Part shown: piece by piece, positions 34,185-42,938 of the stretch
How the letters are laid out: each line of letters starts with the position of its first letter
Position numbering within the stretch: the stretch's first letter is position 1
NCBI GenBank assembly: GCA_963724765.1
Contig: CAVRVY010000003.1
Span: forward strand, 1,088,001-1,152,000
Origin: an uncultured delta proteobacterium
GTDB taxonomy: Bacteria > Desulfobacterota > Binatia > Binatales > Binataceae
DNA: 64,000 nucleotides
Reading direction: 5' to 3'
The notes under the pieces: model-generated
What the model was told of the DNA's origin: nothing
The model's database searches: none
What the model saw: only the letters and a program-made list of their open reading frames with translations
Translations under genes and position numbers: made by a program

Positions 34185-34600
34185 GGGCCGAAGACGCACT
34201 GCGAAAGATCGGGCTGCTCCGCAGAGTGAAAACCGAAAATGGCGCCTTGGCGGCCGAGGCGGAAAGCGCGGCTCGTCTGGTTAAAGCGCTCATGGAACGC
34301 TACGCGATCAAGGCCGAGGATATCCCTGCCGTTTCCCAGACGCCGGCATTCCGGATGACCTGGATATACTGGCAGGAATTGCTCCGCGAGTTCGGCTTGC
34401 AATTGCGCCGTTTCGGCCACCGGGGCAACGCCACGTTCGGTGAGGATAAGATCATCTACATCAATCTCAGGACCGCCCAGTGGTGGATCGAGCAGCGGTC
34501 CAGCGGTAGCTGGCAGATCAGAATCCGCGACTGGGGTGTCGAATCGCTCCGAAAATACTTTGACGAGCACGCAAGGGGATACTCGCTCTTCAAGCGCTGA
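34181..34600 (+). CDS. Hypothetical protein with DUF2786-like N-terminus
   Basis: DALRKIGLLRRV...EAESAARLVKALMERYAI resembles the DUF2786 helical hairpin. Confidence 0.6.
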   Translation: MRAEDALRKIGLLRRVKTENGALAAEAESAARLVKALMERYAIKAEDIPAVSQTPAFRMTWIYWQELLREFGLQLRRFGHRGNATFGEDKIIYINLRTAQWWIEQRSSGSWQIRIRDWGVESLRKYFDEHARGYSLFKR

Positions 34601-34839
34601 TAGCTGGAGATGCTGCGCAAGCGGATGTCCGCTTTCGCCGCAGTTTTCCCGCGACCAAGGCCTTCCCGCGAAGGCGCGCGCCCATCCTTTATAACTCTCC
34701 TGTAATCTCGTGTAACTTTCGCGATCCGGTAGGGTACTGACAGGAGCAGGGTCGCCTCCTGAGCTGTAGGGCCGAGGAGGAACGCATCGCCCCTTGTTAC
34801 GGTTGTCGGATCAAGCATGATTCAGAGGATGACCGCCCT

Positions 34840-35508
34840 ATGCCGCAGGACTACAAACAAGATCACAAACAGGATCACGAAACAGGCCATGCGAAAGTTC
34901 CCGGCCGGGGCATTTGTAGCCGGAGAAAGATACTCGCCGTGCTCGCCGCGGTTCCCTTTGCGATCGCGTGGGAGCTTGCGGGCAACGGCCGCTGGTCGGA
35001 GGCCGGCGATGACGCCACGGAATCTTCGCGCGCGGCCGACAAGGTTGCGATCATGGAGTTTTCCGATGACGGCCAGAGCAAAGGGCTGGTCATGGTCAGC
35101 AAAGTAGTGAAGCCGGACGATCAATGGCGGAAACTCCTGACGCCTGAGCAATACGACGTAACCCGCCAAAAGGGCACAGAGACTCCGTACACCAACAAGT
35201 ATGCGGAGAATCATGAGAAGGGACTGTACCGATGCATCTGCTGCGCCACGGCGCTGTTCAGTTCGGATACCAAGTTCGACTCGGGCACCGGATGGCCGAG
35301 CTTCTACCAGCCAATAGCAAAGCAGAACGTGCGCACGGAAGCCGACCGCTCGTTTTTCATGAATCGCACCGAGGTGCTGTGCGCGCGATGCGACGCGCAT
35401 CTGGGTCACGTCTTTGGCGACGGCCCAGCGCCGACCGGCCTGCGTTACTGCATGAATTCCGCGGCGCTCGATTTTGTCCCCGCCGCGCCGGCGAAGAAAC
35501 CGGACTAG
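34840..35508 (+). CDS. msrB: Peptide-methionine (R)-S-oxide reductase with putative Tat signal
   Basis: [26 protein letters not shown], two Zn CxxC; SRRKIL plus hydrophobic stretch. Confidence 0.93.
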   Translation: MPQDYKQDHKQDHETGHAKVPGRGICSRRKILAVLAAVPFAIAWELAGNGRWSEAGDDATESSRAADKVAIMEFSDDGQSKGLVMVSKVVKPDDQWRKLLTPEQYDVTRQKGTETPYTNKYAENHEKGLYRCICCATALFSSDTKFDSGTGWPSFYQPIAKQNVRTEADRSFFMNRTEVLCARCDAHLGHVFGDGPAPTGLRYCMNSAALDFVPAAPAKKPD

Positions 35509-35595
35509 CTTCTACATTACGAATTAGACATTCCGGCCATCGAGAACCGCGGCTCGGTTCTACGCCCATCGCATAAGTTGGATCCCTTCTTCCTC

Positions 35596-36270
35596 TCAGG
35601 CAAGCACGCGGCGGCATATCTCCGCGGAGATGGCTTCGCGGTAACCAACGGCGCCAAGGCATCGAACCGGCGTAAGACGTTCCAGTGAACGCGCATTGGT
35701 TAGCGAGGCTGGAGAGCGCGCGCCGTCTGCGTCGTTGAGAATGTAGCCCTTGATAGGCATACCGCGGCGCGCCGCATAATCCAGCGAGAGCAAGGTGCTG
35801 TTGATGCAGCCCAGGCGGTTCGCCACTACGAGAATCAATTCGAGCCCCAGGTCCAACGCGAGGTCGGCGTAATTTTCGCGCCAGGTCAGCGGCACTGCGA
35901 TCCCGCCGGCGCCCTCAACCAGCATGACGTCGCTGTCGGCCGCCAGCCGCTCGAATGCGCTGCGGATACGGCCAAGGTCGGGAGGTTCGAGACCGTCAGT
36001 CTCCGCCGCAGCGGCAGGCGCCAGCGGCGAGGGGTAACGATGCGGGCAGATGAACTCGAGCGGAGCGTTGGATGCCGCCGCCCTGCTGAGAGCGACCGCG
36101 TCGAGCGCCGTCATCTCTCCGTCGCGCAGTTCGCAACCCGTTTCCGCCGGTTTCATTACGCCGACGCGGATGCCCCTTTGCCTGAATGCCGCAGCCAATC
36201 CGCACGCGACCGTGGTCTTGCCCACCCCCGTATCCGTTCCGCTGACGAAAAACCGCAATTTCGGCGCCAT
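35596..36270 (-). CDS. bioD: Dethiobiotin synthase
   Basis: SGTDTGVGKT, MKPAETG, VEGAGG, LGCIN. Confidence 0.95.
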   Translation of the reverse strand: MAPKLRFFVSGTDTGVGKTTVACGLAAAFRQRGIRVGVMKPAETGCELRDGEMTALDAVALSRAAASNAPLEFICPHRYPSPLAPAAAAETDGLEPPDLGRIRSAFERLAADSDVMLVEGAGGIAVPLTWRENYADLALDLGLELILVVANRLGCINSTLLSLDYAARRGMPIKGYILNDADGARSPASLTNARSLERLTPVRCLGAVGYREAISAEICRRVLA

Positions 36271-36285
36271 CGAGGTCGCGTCCCA

Positions 36286-37650
36286 CTACCAGCCGCCGGT
36301 GACTTCGTTGATGCCGAGGAGCGCCGCGTCCAGAAGGAGGTCGATTTCCGCTTCAGTAATCGACAGCGGCGGCATGAAAACTATCACATCGCCCAGCGGC
36401 CTCATCAGCACGCCGGCCTTCCGCGCTGCGCGCGCGACATGGGCGCCGATCAAACGCTCGTATGGGTACGGCAATCCGCGCGAGCGATCATCGACCAGTT
36501 CGACCCCCGCCATCAGCCCCCACTGCCGGATGTCCGCAACATGCGGATGAGCCTTGAAACGCTCGGCCAAACCGGCACCGAGGCGGTTTATCAGCGGCTG
36601 AATTCGCTCCAGCACCCGTTCGTCACGAAATACCTGGAGGTTGGCGACCGCCACAGCCGCCGCGAGCGGGTTTCCCGTATAGGTGTGGCCATAATAGAAA
36701 GCGCGAAACTCCTGCGGCTCGCCGAGAAAGGCCTCGAAGATTTTCTCGCTGGAGAGCGTCGCGGCGAGCGGCAAATAGCCGCCGGTGATGCCCTTTCCTA
36801 GGCAAAGCAGGTCGGAGCTGAGTCCCACGTGTTCGGTGGCAAACAGTTTGCCGGTGCGGCCGAAGCCGGTCGCCACCTCGTCGAAGATCACCAATGCTCC
36901 GGCCGCTCGCGCCATCTCGGAAATCCCGCGAAGGAAGCGAACGGAATGCGCCCACATGCCGGCGGCGCCTTGCATCAGCGGTTCGATCACGAGTGCGGCC
37001 AGTTTCTCGCTATGTCGTTCGATTAGCTCTTGCGCGACCCGGAGCGCGGTGTTGTCGGCCTCGTCGGGAGACATGCGCTGGTAGAATCTGTGCACATGGG
37101 GTGGATCGACCTTTAGCGCTGGAAAGAGCAGCGAATGAATATGGCGATGAAAGTGCTCGCTGTAGCCGAGGCTGACCGAACCCAGGGTGTCGCCATGATA
37201 CGATTCCGTCAGAGTCAAAAATCGTTTGCGCTGGGGTTGCCCCGTCAGTTGCCAATATTGGACCGCCATCCGGGCCGCGACCTCGACCGCCTCGGCCCCG
37301 GAATCGGAATAGAACACCCGGCTGAGGCCCGGCGGCGCGATTGAGGCGAGGTCACGCGCGAGCTCTATCGCCGGACAGTTGGCAAGACCGAGCATCGTGG
37401 AATGCGCGATCCGATCGGCCTGATCGCGCAGCGCCCGATCGAGTTGCGGCTTGCGATGCCCGTGGACGTTGCACCAGAGCGACGCCACACCATCCAGGTA
37501 GCGCCTGCCTTCAACGTCAATGAGATAATTGCCGTCGCCCTGCTCGATGATGATCGGCTCATCGTTGAGCCACGTGCGCATCTGCGTGAATGGATGCCAC
37601 AAATGCTGATGGTCGGCGTGCCGGAGTTCCTCGTACCTGGCGTTCTTCAT
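36286..37650 (-). CDS. bioA: Adenosylmethionine-8-amino-7-oxononanoate aminotransferase
   Basis: LWHPFTQM, SLWCNVHGH, YHGDT, DEVATGFGRTG, GKGITGGYLP, HTYTGNP. Confidence 0.95.
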   Translation of the reverse strand: MKNARYEELRHADHQHLWHPFTQMRTWLNDEPIIIEQGDGNYLIDVEGRRYLDGVASLWCNVHGHRKPQLDRALRDQADRIAHSTMLGLANCPAIELARDLASIAPPGLSRVFYSDSGAEAVEVAARMAVQYWQLTGQPQRKRFLTLTESYHGDTLGSVSLGYSEHFHRHIHSLLFPALKVDPPHVHRFYQRMSPDEADNTALRVAQELIERHSEKLAALVIEPLMQGAAGMWAHSVRFLRGISEMARAAGALVIFDEVATGFGRTGKLFATEHVGLSSDLLCLGKGITGGYLPLAATLSSEKIFEAFLGEPQEFRAFYYGHTYTGNPLAAAVAVANLQVFRDERVLERIQPLINRLGAGLAERFKAHPHVADIRQWGLMAGVELVDDRSRGLPYPYERLIGAHVARAARKAGVLMRPLGDVIVFMPPLSITEAEIDLLLDAALLGINEVTGGW

Positions 37651-37662
37651 CGGGGCCTAAGT

Positions 37663-38842
37663 CTATATGAGCCGCAGTTCGCGGCCAGACTGGATTATCG
37701 CGCCGGCGGCCTGGTCCAAATCGCCCCGGGAGTGATCGGCGATTGGCGTGATTCGCAGGCGCGCCGTCCCCACTGGCACGGTGGGTGGCCGAATCGCTAC
37801 CACATACACGCCGCGCTCGAACAGCCGCCGGGCCATCTCCACCGCGGCCTGCGCCTCGCCGATTATGAGCGGAAGAATCGGCGATTCCGTGCGCCCGAAT
37901 CTGAAACCCGCCGCCGCGAGCCGCTCGCGTAGATACAACGCGTTTTCCCGCAACCGCTGAATTCTTTCGGGCTCGGCGCGCATCACCTCGATCGCGGCGT
38001 CGGCGGCGGCTGCGACCGCCGGCGGAAGTCCGGTCGTATAGATGAAGCTTCGCGAGCGATTGATAAGGAAGTCGATCAAGGCTGTTGAGCCCGCGATATA
38101 GGCGCCGTACGCTCCCAAGGCTTTGCTCAAAGTTCCGACGTGTACATCGATCGCTTTCTCCAAACCGAATTCAGCCGCCAGACCGGCGCCGCCGTGGCCG
38201 ACGAGACCTACCGCATGGGGCTTCGTCGATCATAAGTGCGGCCTCGAATTCGCGCGCCAACGCGACGATCTCCCGCAACGGCGCAAAATCGCCGTCCATG
38301 CTGAAAATCGAGTCGGTGACTATCAGGCGCCGATGGGCGGAGGGCGCCTGCGCGAGCAGAGATCGAAGGTGCTCAGTATCGCAATGGCGATACACCCGCA
38401 GGTCGGCCTTGCTCAGCCGGCAGCCATCGATGAGGCTCGCGTGGTTGAGCTCGTCACTGAATATAACGTCGCCCAGGCCTGCGAGAGCGGTCAACGCGCC
38501 CAGATTGGCAAGATAGCCGGAACCGAAAACCAGCGCCGCTTCGACGCCCTTGAGCCGGGCCAGATTCCTTTCAAGCCGGTGTATGGGCTCAAGACTTCCG
38601 GCGACCAGGCGCGAGGCGCCTGCCCCCACACCGTAACGCTCCGTGGCCGCGATCGCGGCCCGCTTCACTTTCGGATGCGACGCCAGGCCGAGATAGTTGT
38701 TGGACGACAGCATAATGACGCTGCGCCCGCCATGATCGACCCGCGGCCCGTGTTCACTACCGATTACGCGGAGACTTCTGAGCAGACCATCCCGCTCCAG
38801 GTTGGCAAGGGATGCGCGAAGTTCATTTTCGAGAATGCTCAT
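37663..38842 (-). pseudogene. bioF: 8-amino-7-oxononanoate synthase interrupted by a +1 frameshift (real or sequencing error)
   Basis: SNNYLGL, NHASLIDG, FSMDGD in ORF 38171-38842 and GTLSKA, RPPTVP in ORF 37663-38163; removing one base of the G4 run at 38217-38220 restores DEAHAVG. Confidence 0.9.
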
Positions 38843-38971
38843 CAGCGCTCGATATCATGCAGCATGGGAGCCGGTGAATTAGTCTCGGTGACGGTCTCGC
38901 CGATCCCGATGATTCCGTCCGAGCATCCCGAACGGCCCGCCGCGCGCACGGTTTCGATCGTACTTTATTTC

Positions 38972-39046
38972 TGGTGATCCCAGCGGGAGTCGAACCCGCG
39001 TTCCCGACGTGAGAGGCCGGTGTCCTAACCACTAGACGATGGGACC
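38972..39046 (-). tRNA. tRNA-Glu (CTC)
   Basis: GGTCCCATCGTCTAGTGGTTAGGACACCGGC-CTCTCAC-GTCGGGAACGCGGGTTCGACTCCCGCTGGGATCACCA; cloverleaf, encoded CCA. Confidence 0.96.
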
Positions 39047-39079
39047 AGCCGGTGAGCGTTTCCCTTTACAAGGAAGAGT

Positions 39080-39155
39080 TGGCTGAGGAGGGAGGACTCG
39101 AACCTCCAATCCCCTGATCCAGAGTCAGGTGCCTTGCCAATTCGGCTACTCCTCA
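39080..39155 (-). tRNA. tRNA-Gln (CTG)
   Basis: TGAGGAGTAGCCGAATTGGCAAGGCACCTGA-CTCTGGA-TCAGGGGATTGGAGGTTCGAGTCCTCCCTCCTCAGCCA. Confidence 0.96.
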
Positions 39156-39237
39156 GCGCGAGCCATCATTTATAACCGACCCAGGGACACGCGTCCATGC
39201 GCAACGCCAAGGGAATATCGGCGCACGGGCCGTCCGT

Positions 39238-39777
39238 TCAGTGCGCGGCGGAGAGCCGCAGTGTCTCGGCGTGATGGTTGACCAGCTCATCGCAGCGCTG
39301 GAGCATCGCCGGGTCCTGACAATATTGCTCGATCATGTAGCTCAGCTCGCCGAGATCGTGGACCAGCAGGCGCATGCAGCGCTCGTACTCGTCATGCTGC
39401 TGCAGCGCCTTGAGCAGATTGCCGACCTTATCCTCGAGTTCCGTCTCTTCGACCTCGAGCGCCAGCCCCAGCGCGCGCTCGATCCCGAGACCCGCATCGG
39501 CCTCGCGCGCGCCGCGCTCCAGCAGCGCGTTGAGCCGCGCCACGGTCGCGTCTTCGAGCGTCACTGGGCTAGGCCGGTCCAGCACCCCCTCGAAGTCGAG
39601 CACCGTGGCCACAAGGTCGAGCGCGCCGACGTGGCGCGCCTCGTCGCGCGCCATCCCGAACCAGAACTCATGCAGGCGCGGATTACCGGAGAAGGTTTTC
39701 GCGAAGCGCGCATAGAGCGCCATGCTCCGCCTTTCCAGCCCGATCGTGGCCTGGAGGACTTCGCGCGTCGTCGGCAT
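39238..39777 (-). CDS. Ferritin/rubrerythrin-like four-helix-bundle protein
   Basis: LERRSMALY, FWFGMARDEARH (ExxH), ALEVEETE. Confidence 0.7.
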   Translation of the reverse strand: MPTTREVLQATIGLERRSMALYARFAKTFSGNPRLHEFWFGMARDEARHVGALDLVATVLDFEGVLDRPSPVTLEDATVARLNALLERGAREADAGLGIERALGLALEVEETELEDKVGNLLKALQQHDEYERCMRLLVHDLGELSYMIEQYCQDPAMLQRCDELVNHHAETLRLSAAH

Positions 39778-39840
39778 CGTGAGGCCGATGATAGCCTGCG
39801 GGGCGGCACCGGGCCAAGGCCGGCGCCGCCCGCGGGAACT

Positions 39841-41409
39841 CTAGCGCGCGAGCTCAGTCGCGCGGGTTTCGCGGATGACCGTCACGCGGATTTGTCCGGG
39901 ATAGGTCATGTCAGTTTCGATCTTCTTGGCGACGTCGCGCGCCAGCATCGTCGCGTCATCGTCGGAGACCTGGCCTGGCTCGACAATGATCCGCATCTCG
40001 CGCCCGGCCTGCACCGCGAAGCATTTCTCGACGCCTTTGAACGATTTGGCGATGGTCTCGAGGTCTTCCAGCCGCTTGACGTAGCTCTCGAGCACCTCGC
40101 GCCGTGCGCCCGGCCGCGCTCCGCTAAGGGCGTCGGCCGCGTCGACCAGCGGCGCCAGGATGGTCTCGGCCTTGACCTCTTCGTGATGGGCCGCGATCGC
40201 GTTGACGATCTTCGCCGATTCGCCGTACTTGCGCGCGAGCTCAGCGCCGATCAGCGCATGCGAGCCCTCGACCTCATGCGTCAGGGCCTTGCCGATATCG
40301 TGCAGGAGCGCGGCCCGGCGCGCCTGCTTTTCGTTAAGCCCCAGCTCGGCCGCCATTGCGCCGCATAAAAACGCCGCCTCCAGCGAATGCATCAGGACGT
40401 TTTGCGCGTAGCTGTAGCGGTACTTCAGCATCCCCAGCAGCTTGACCAGCTCTGGATGGATCCCGTGGACGCCGACCTCGATGATGGCGCGCTGGCCGGC
40501 CTCGCGGATCGATTCCTCGACTTCCTGCTCGGCCTTGCGCACGACCTCTTCGATACGGCCCGGATGGATGCGGCCGTCGGAGATCAGCCGCTCGAGCGAG
40601 ACCCGCGCGATCTCTCGCCGGATCGGGTTGTGACACGAGATCACCACCGCCTCGGGCGTGTCGTCGATGATGATATCGACGCCGGTGGCGGCTTCGATGG
40701 CGCGGATGTTGCGCCCTTCACGCCCGATGATGCGGCCCTTCATCTCGTCGTTGGGCAGCGCCAGCACCGAGACGGTGCGCTCGGTAACGAATTCGCCGGC
40801 CAGCCGCTCGATTGCGATCGACACGATGCGCTTGGCGCGCCGGTCCGATTCCTCGCGCGCCTCCTCCTCGATCACGCGGATTTGGCGGGCGGCGTCATGG
40901 CGCGCCTGCCCGGTCATCTCTTCGACCACCTGGCGGCGCGCCTCCTCGCGGGTCAGATCGGCGACCGTCTCGAGCTTGGCGCGTGCCGCCTCGATCAGTT
41001 CCAGGCGCTCGGCCTCGCGGTCGGCCAGGCTTTTCTCTTTGGTGCGGAGGTTCTGGTCGCGCCGGTTAAGGTCGCCCTCGCGCCGCTCGAACGCCTCCAG
41101 GCGCTTGTCCATACTCTCTTCGCGCGCGGCCAGTTTGCTTTCCAGGGCGGTCAGCTCGCGATGCTGCTCGCGCACTTCGCGTTCGGCTTGCGCTCGCACC
41201 TCCACCAACAGGTCTTTGGCCTTTAGTTCCGCCTCCTTAATGATCAGTTCGCTTTTGGTTTTTGCATCTTCGACAATCGCCTGCGCTTCGCGTTGCGCGG
41301 CCTCGGCCTCGGCCTCGGCGCCGGGATGCCGCCGTCCGGCAAGGTAGACCGCGAAAATCATCATCGCGCCACCGATTATCAGGAACAGGACGCCCGTCAG
41401 CACGCCCAT
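39841..41409 (-). CDS. rny: Ribonuclease Y
   Basis: N-terminal TM, coiled coil, KH ([13 protein letters not shown]), HD (LLHDIGK), VQAGRE, YPGQI. Confidence 0.97.
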   Translation of the reverse strand: MGVLTGVLFLIIGGAMMIFAVYLAGRRHPGAEAEAEAAQREAQAIVEDAKTKSELIIKEAELKAKDLLVEVRAQAEREVREQHRELTALESKLAAREESMDKRLEAFERREGDLNRRDQNLRTKEKSLADREAERLELIEAARAKLETVADLTREEARRQVVEEMTGQARHDAARQIRVIEEEAREESDRRAKRIVSIAIERLAGEFVTERTVSVLALPNDEMKGRIIGREGRNIRAIEAATGVDIIIDDTPEAVVISCHNPIRREIARVSLERLISDGRIHPGRIEEVVRKAEQEVEESIREAGQRAIIEVGVHGIHPELVKLLGMLKYRYSYAQNVLMHSLEAAFLCGAMAAELGLNEKQARRAALLHDIGKALTHEVEGSHALIGAELARKYGESAKIVNAIAAHHEEVKAETILAPLVDAADALSGARPGARREVLESYVKRLEDLETIAKSFKGVEKCFAVQAGREMRIIVEPGQVSDDDATMLARDVAKKIETDMTYPGQIRVTVIRETRATELAR

Positions 41410-41414
41410 TTTGG

Positions 41415-42044
41415 TTAACCTCCTTGGTCCGCCGTTTGCGCGGCCGCGTGTCGCGCTCCGCTGGCCGAGTAAACGGCGGACTCGGTCACGATAAAATCCA
41501 GCCGCCGGTCATGAGCCTGCTCCGGCAGACGGTCAATCAACTGAAACGAATAGCCCAGCCCGACGGTCACCGCCTCGGCAGAAAGCGCGGCCAACAAGCG
41601 GTCGTAATAACCGCCACCGCGGCCCAAACGGGCGGCGGCGGGTGTAAATCCAATTCCGGGGACGCATACCAGCGCGGCGCCGAGCTCGGTCTCGAGAGCT
41701 TCGGTCTCGAGCGCCCCGGTGGCGGGCGGTTCCAGGATTCCAAAAGCGCCAGGCCGCAGGTCGCTGAGGTCGGACACGGCGCCGAGCCTGATTCGCCGGC
41801 GATCGCGATCGACAATCGGAAAATAGACCTGCCGCTGCGCACGTAGCGCGTCGGCCGCTATGAGGGCGGTTTCGACCTCGCGGCCGAGCGGTGCGTAAAG
41901 GACGATCCTGGTCGCTGCGAGATATGACGATGTGGCGAGCAGACGCTGCTGCACGCGAGCCGATAACGCGCCCGCGCGTGTGACCGATAGGCTGGAGCGC
42001 GCCTCATAGAGGACGGAGCGCAGGTATTGTTTTTCGTCCGCCAC
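41415..42044 (-). CDS. ygfA: 5-formyltetrahydrofolate cyclo-ligase
   Basis: [31 protein letters not shown]; GTG start inferred. Confidence 0.92.
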   Translation of the reverse strand: MADEKQYLRSVLYEARSSLSVTRAGALSARVQQRLLATSSYLAATRIVLYAPLGREVETALIAADALRAQRQVYFPIVDRDRRRIRLGAVSDLSDLRPGAFGILEPPATGALETEALETELGAALVCVPGIGFTPAAARLGRGGGYYDRLLAALSAEAVTVGLGYSFQLIDRLPEQAHDRRLDFIVTESAVYSASGARHAAAQTADQGG

Positions 42045-42060
42045 TGCCTTTAGCGGCGGC

Positions 42061-42205
42061 GGGACCGGGCTAAGTCGGCGGTTGCGCTGTGCGATCGATC
42101 GCCCTCGGCCATTGATGTTGTCGTGGCCGTGCGGGCGTTGCTGGCTCCATAAGGTTACGCGGTCCAAGGCCGCGCCATGTGTTACTGAGAACCGGCACCG
42201 GTCCT
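42061..42205 (-). ncRNA. ssrS: Putative 6S RNA
   Basis: Occupies the conserved zapA-[ssrS]-ygfA slot; ends pair (GGACCGG/CCGGTCC); internal stems. Sequence not recognisably canonical, so the call rests on synteny. Confidence 0.55.
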
Positions 42206-42335
42206 ATATCTTGCGAGCGCCGCATCGCGCTTAACAGAAATCCTCCAGAGATCCTGTGAGATCCTGCATCCCCCACCGTCATTACCCGAACCCGCCGACC
42301 CGAAGCCTCCAGGAAAAACCGTGCTGACGCGGCGC

Positions 42336-42608
42336 CTACGAATCCATCGCCACCGACAGCCGCCGATTCAATGCTTCAATCTGGTCGATCAACGCTTGAT
42401 GGTCTCGCTTCAGACGTTCGAGTTCGTCGGCAAAATTTAGCGCCGCCAAAATTGCCACGCTTACGGAATTTACCGCGCGGCTGTTGGCGCGAATGTAGTT
42501 TATCTTTTCATCCACCGTCGCCGCCAGAGCCTTTGCCCATTCGTCGCCACTGTCGCTCATGACGGTCAGGCTTTGGCCCATGATTTCGACGTTGACGCCT
42601 TTCATCAT
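42336..42608 (-). CDS. zapA: Cell division protein ZapA
   Basis: VNVEIMGQ, LAATVDEKI, AILAALNFADEL, coiled-coil tail. Confidence 0.88.
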   Translation of the reverse strand: MMKGVNVEIMGQSLTVMSDSGDEWAKALAATVDEKINYIRANSRAVNSVSVAILAALNFADELERLKRDHQALIDQIEALNRRLSVAMDS

Positions 42609-42650
42609 CCACTCAGTTTTCACTCAGCGGCGGCCGGGGTCAGCCAGGCT

Positions 42651-42914
42651 TCAGCCCAAATCCAGCCCGTCGAAGCGGGCGAGGATTTTTTCGATCCGCG
42701 TTTTTATCTCGTTGCGCTCGTTCTCGTGCTGCTGGCGCTCGGAGTTGGCCCGGGCCTGAATTTCATTAAAACGCTGTTCGCCTTCGGCCAGCCGTTTCAC
42801 CAGTTGCTCATTTTCGCGTTGCAATTGCTGAATTCGGGTGACCGATGCTTGGATTCTATCGTCAAGTTGCTTGAGAGCCTCAAGAGTCATGGCCGATTCG
42901 GTTTCCACCTTCAC
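42651..42914 (-). CDS. zapB: ZapB-like coiled-coil protein
   Basis: LKQLDDRIQ...LQRENEQL...ERNEIKTRIEKIL, directly upstream of zapA. Confidence 0.7.
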   Translation of the reverse strand: MKVETESAMTLEALKQLDDRIQASVTRIQQLQRENEQLVKRLAEGEQRFNEIQARANSERQQHENERNEIKTRIEKILARFDGLDLG

Positions 42915-42938
42915 TTTAATTTTGGATTAATTAACCTG

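Noticed and set aside
34741-34761. CAGGAG/CTCCTG hairpin upstream of msrB as a riboswitch
   Set aside because: Single 6-bp stem with no recognisable aptamer motif.
38200-38230. Programmed ribosomal frameshift in bioF
   Set aside because: No slippery heptamer or stimulatory signal seen, and no precedent I know of for bioF.
33120-38971. Genomic island integrated at tRNA-Glu
   Set aside because: No integrase, and I found no duplicate of the tRNA 3' end by eye; only gene debris supports it.
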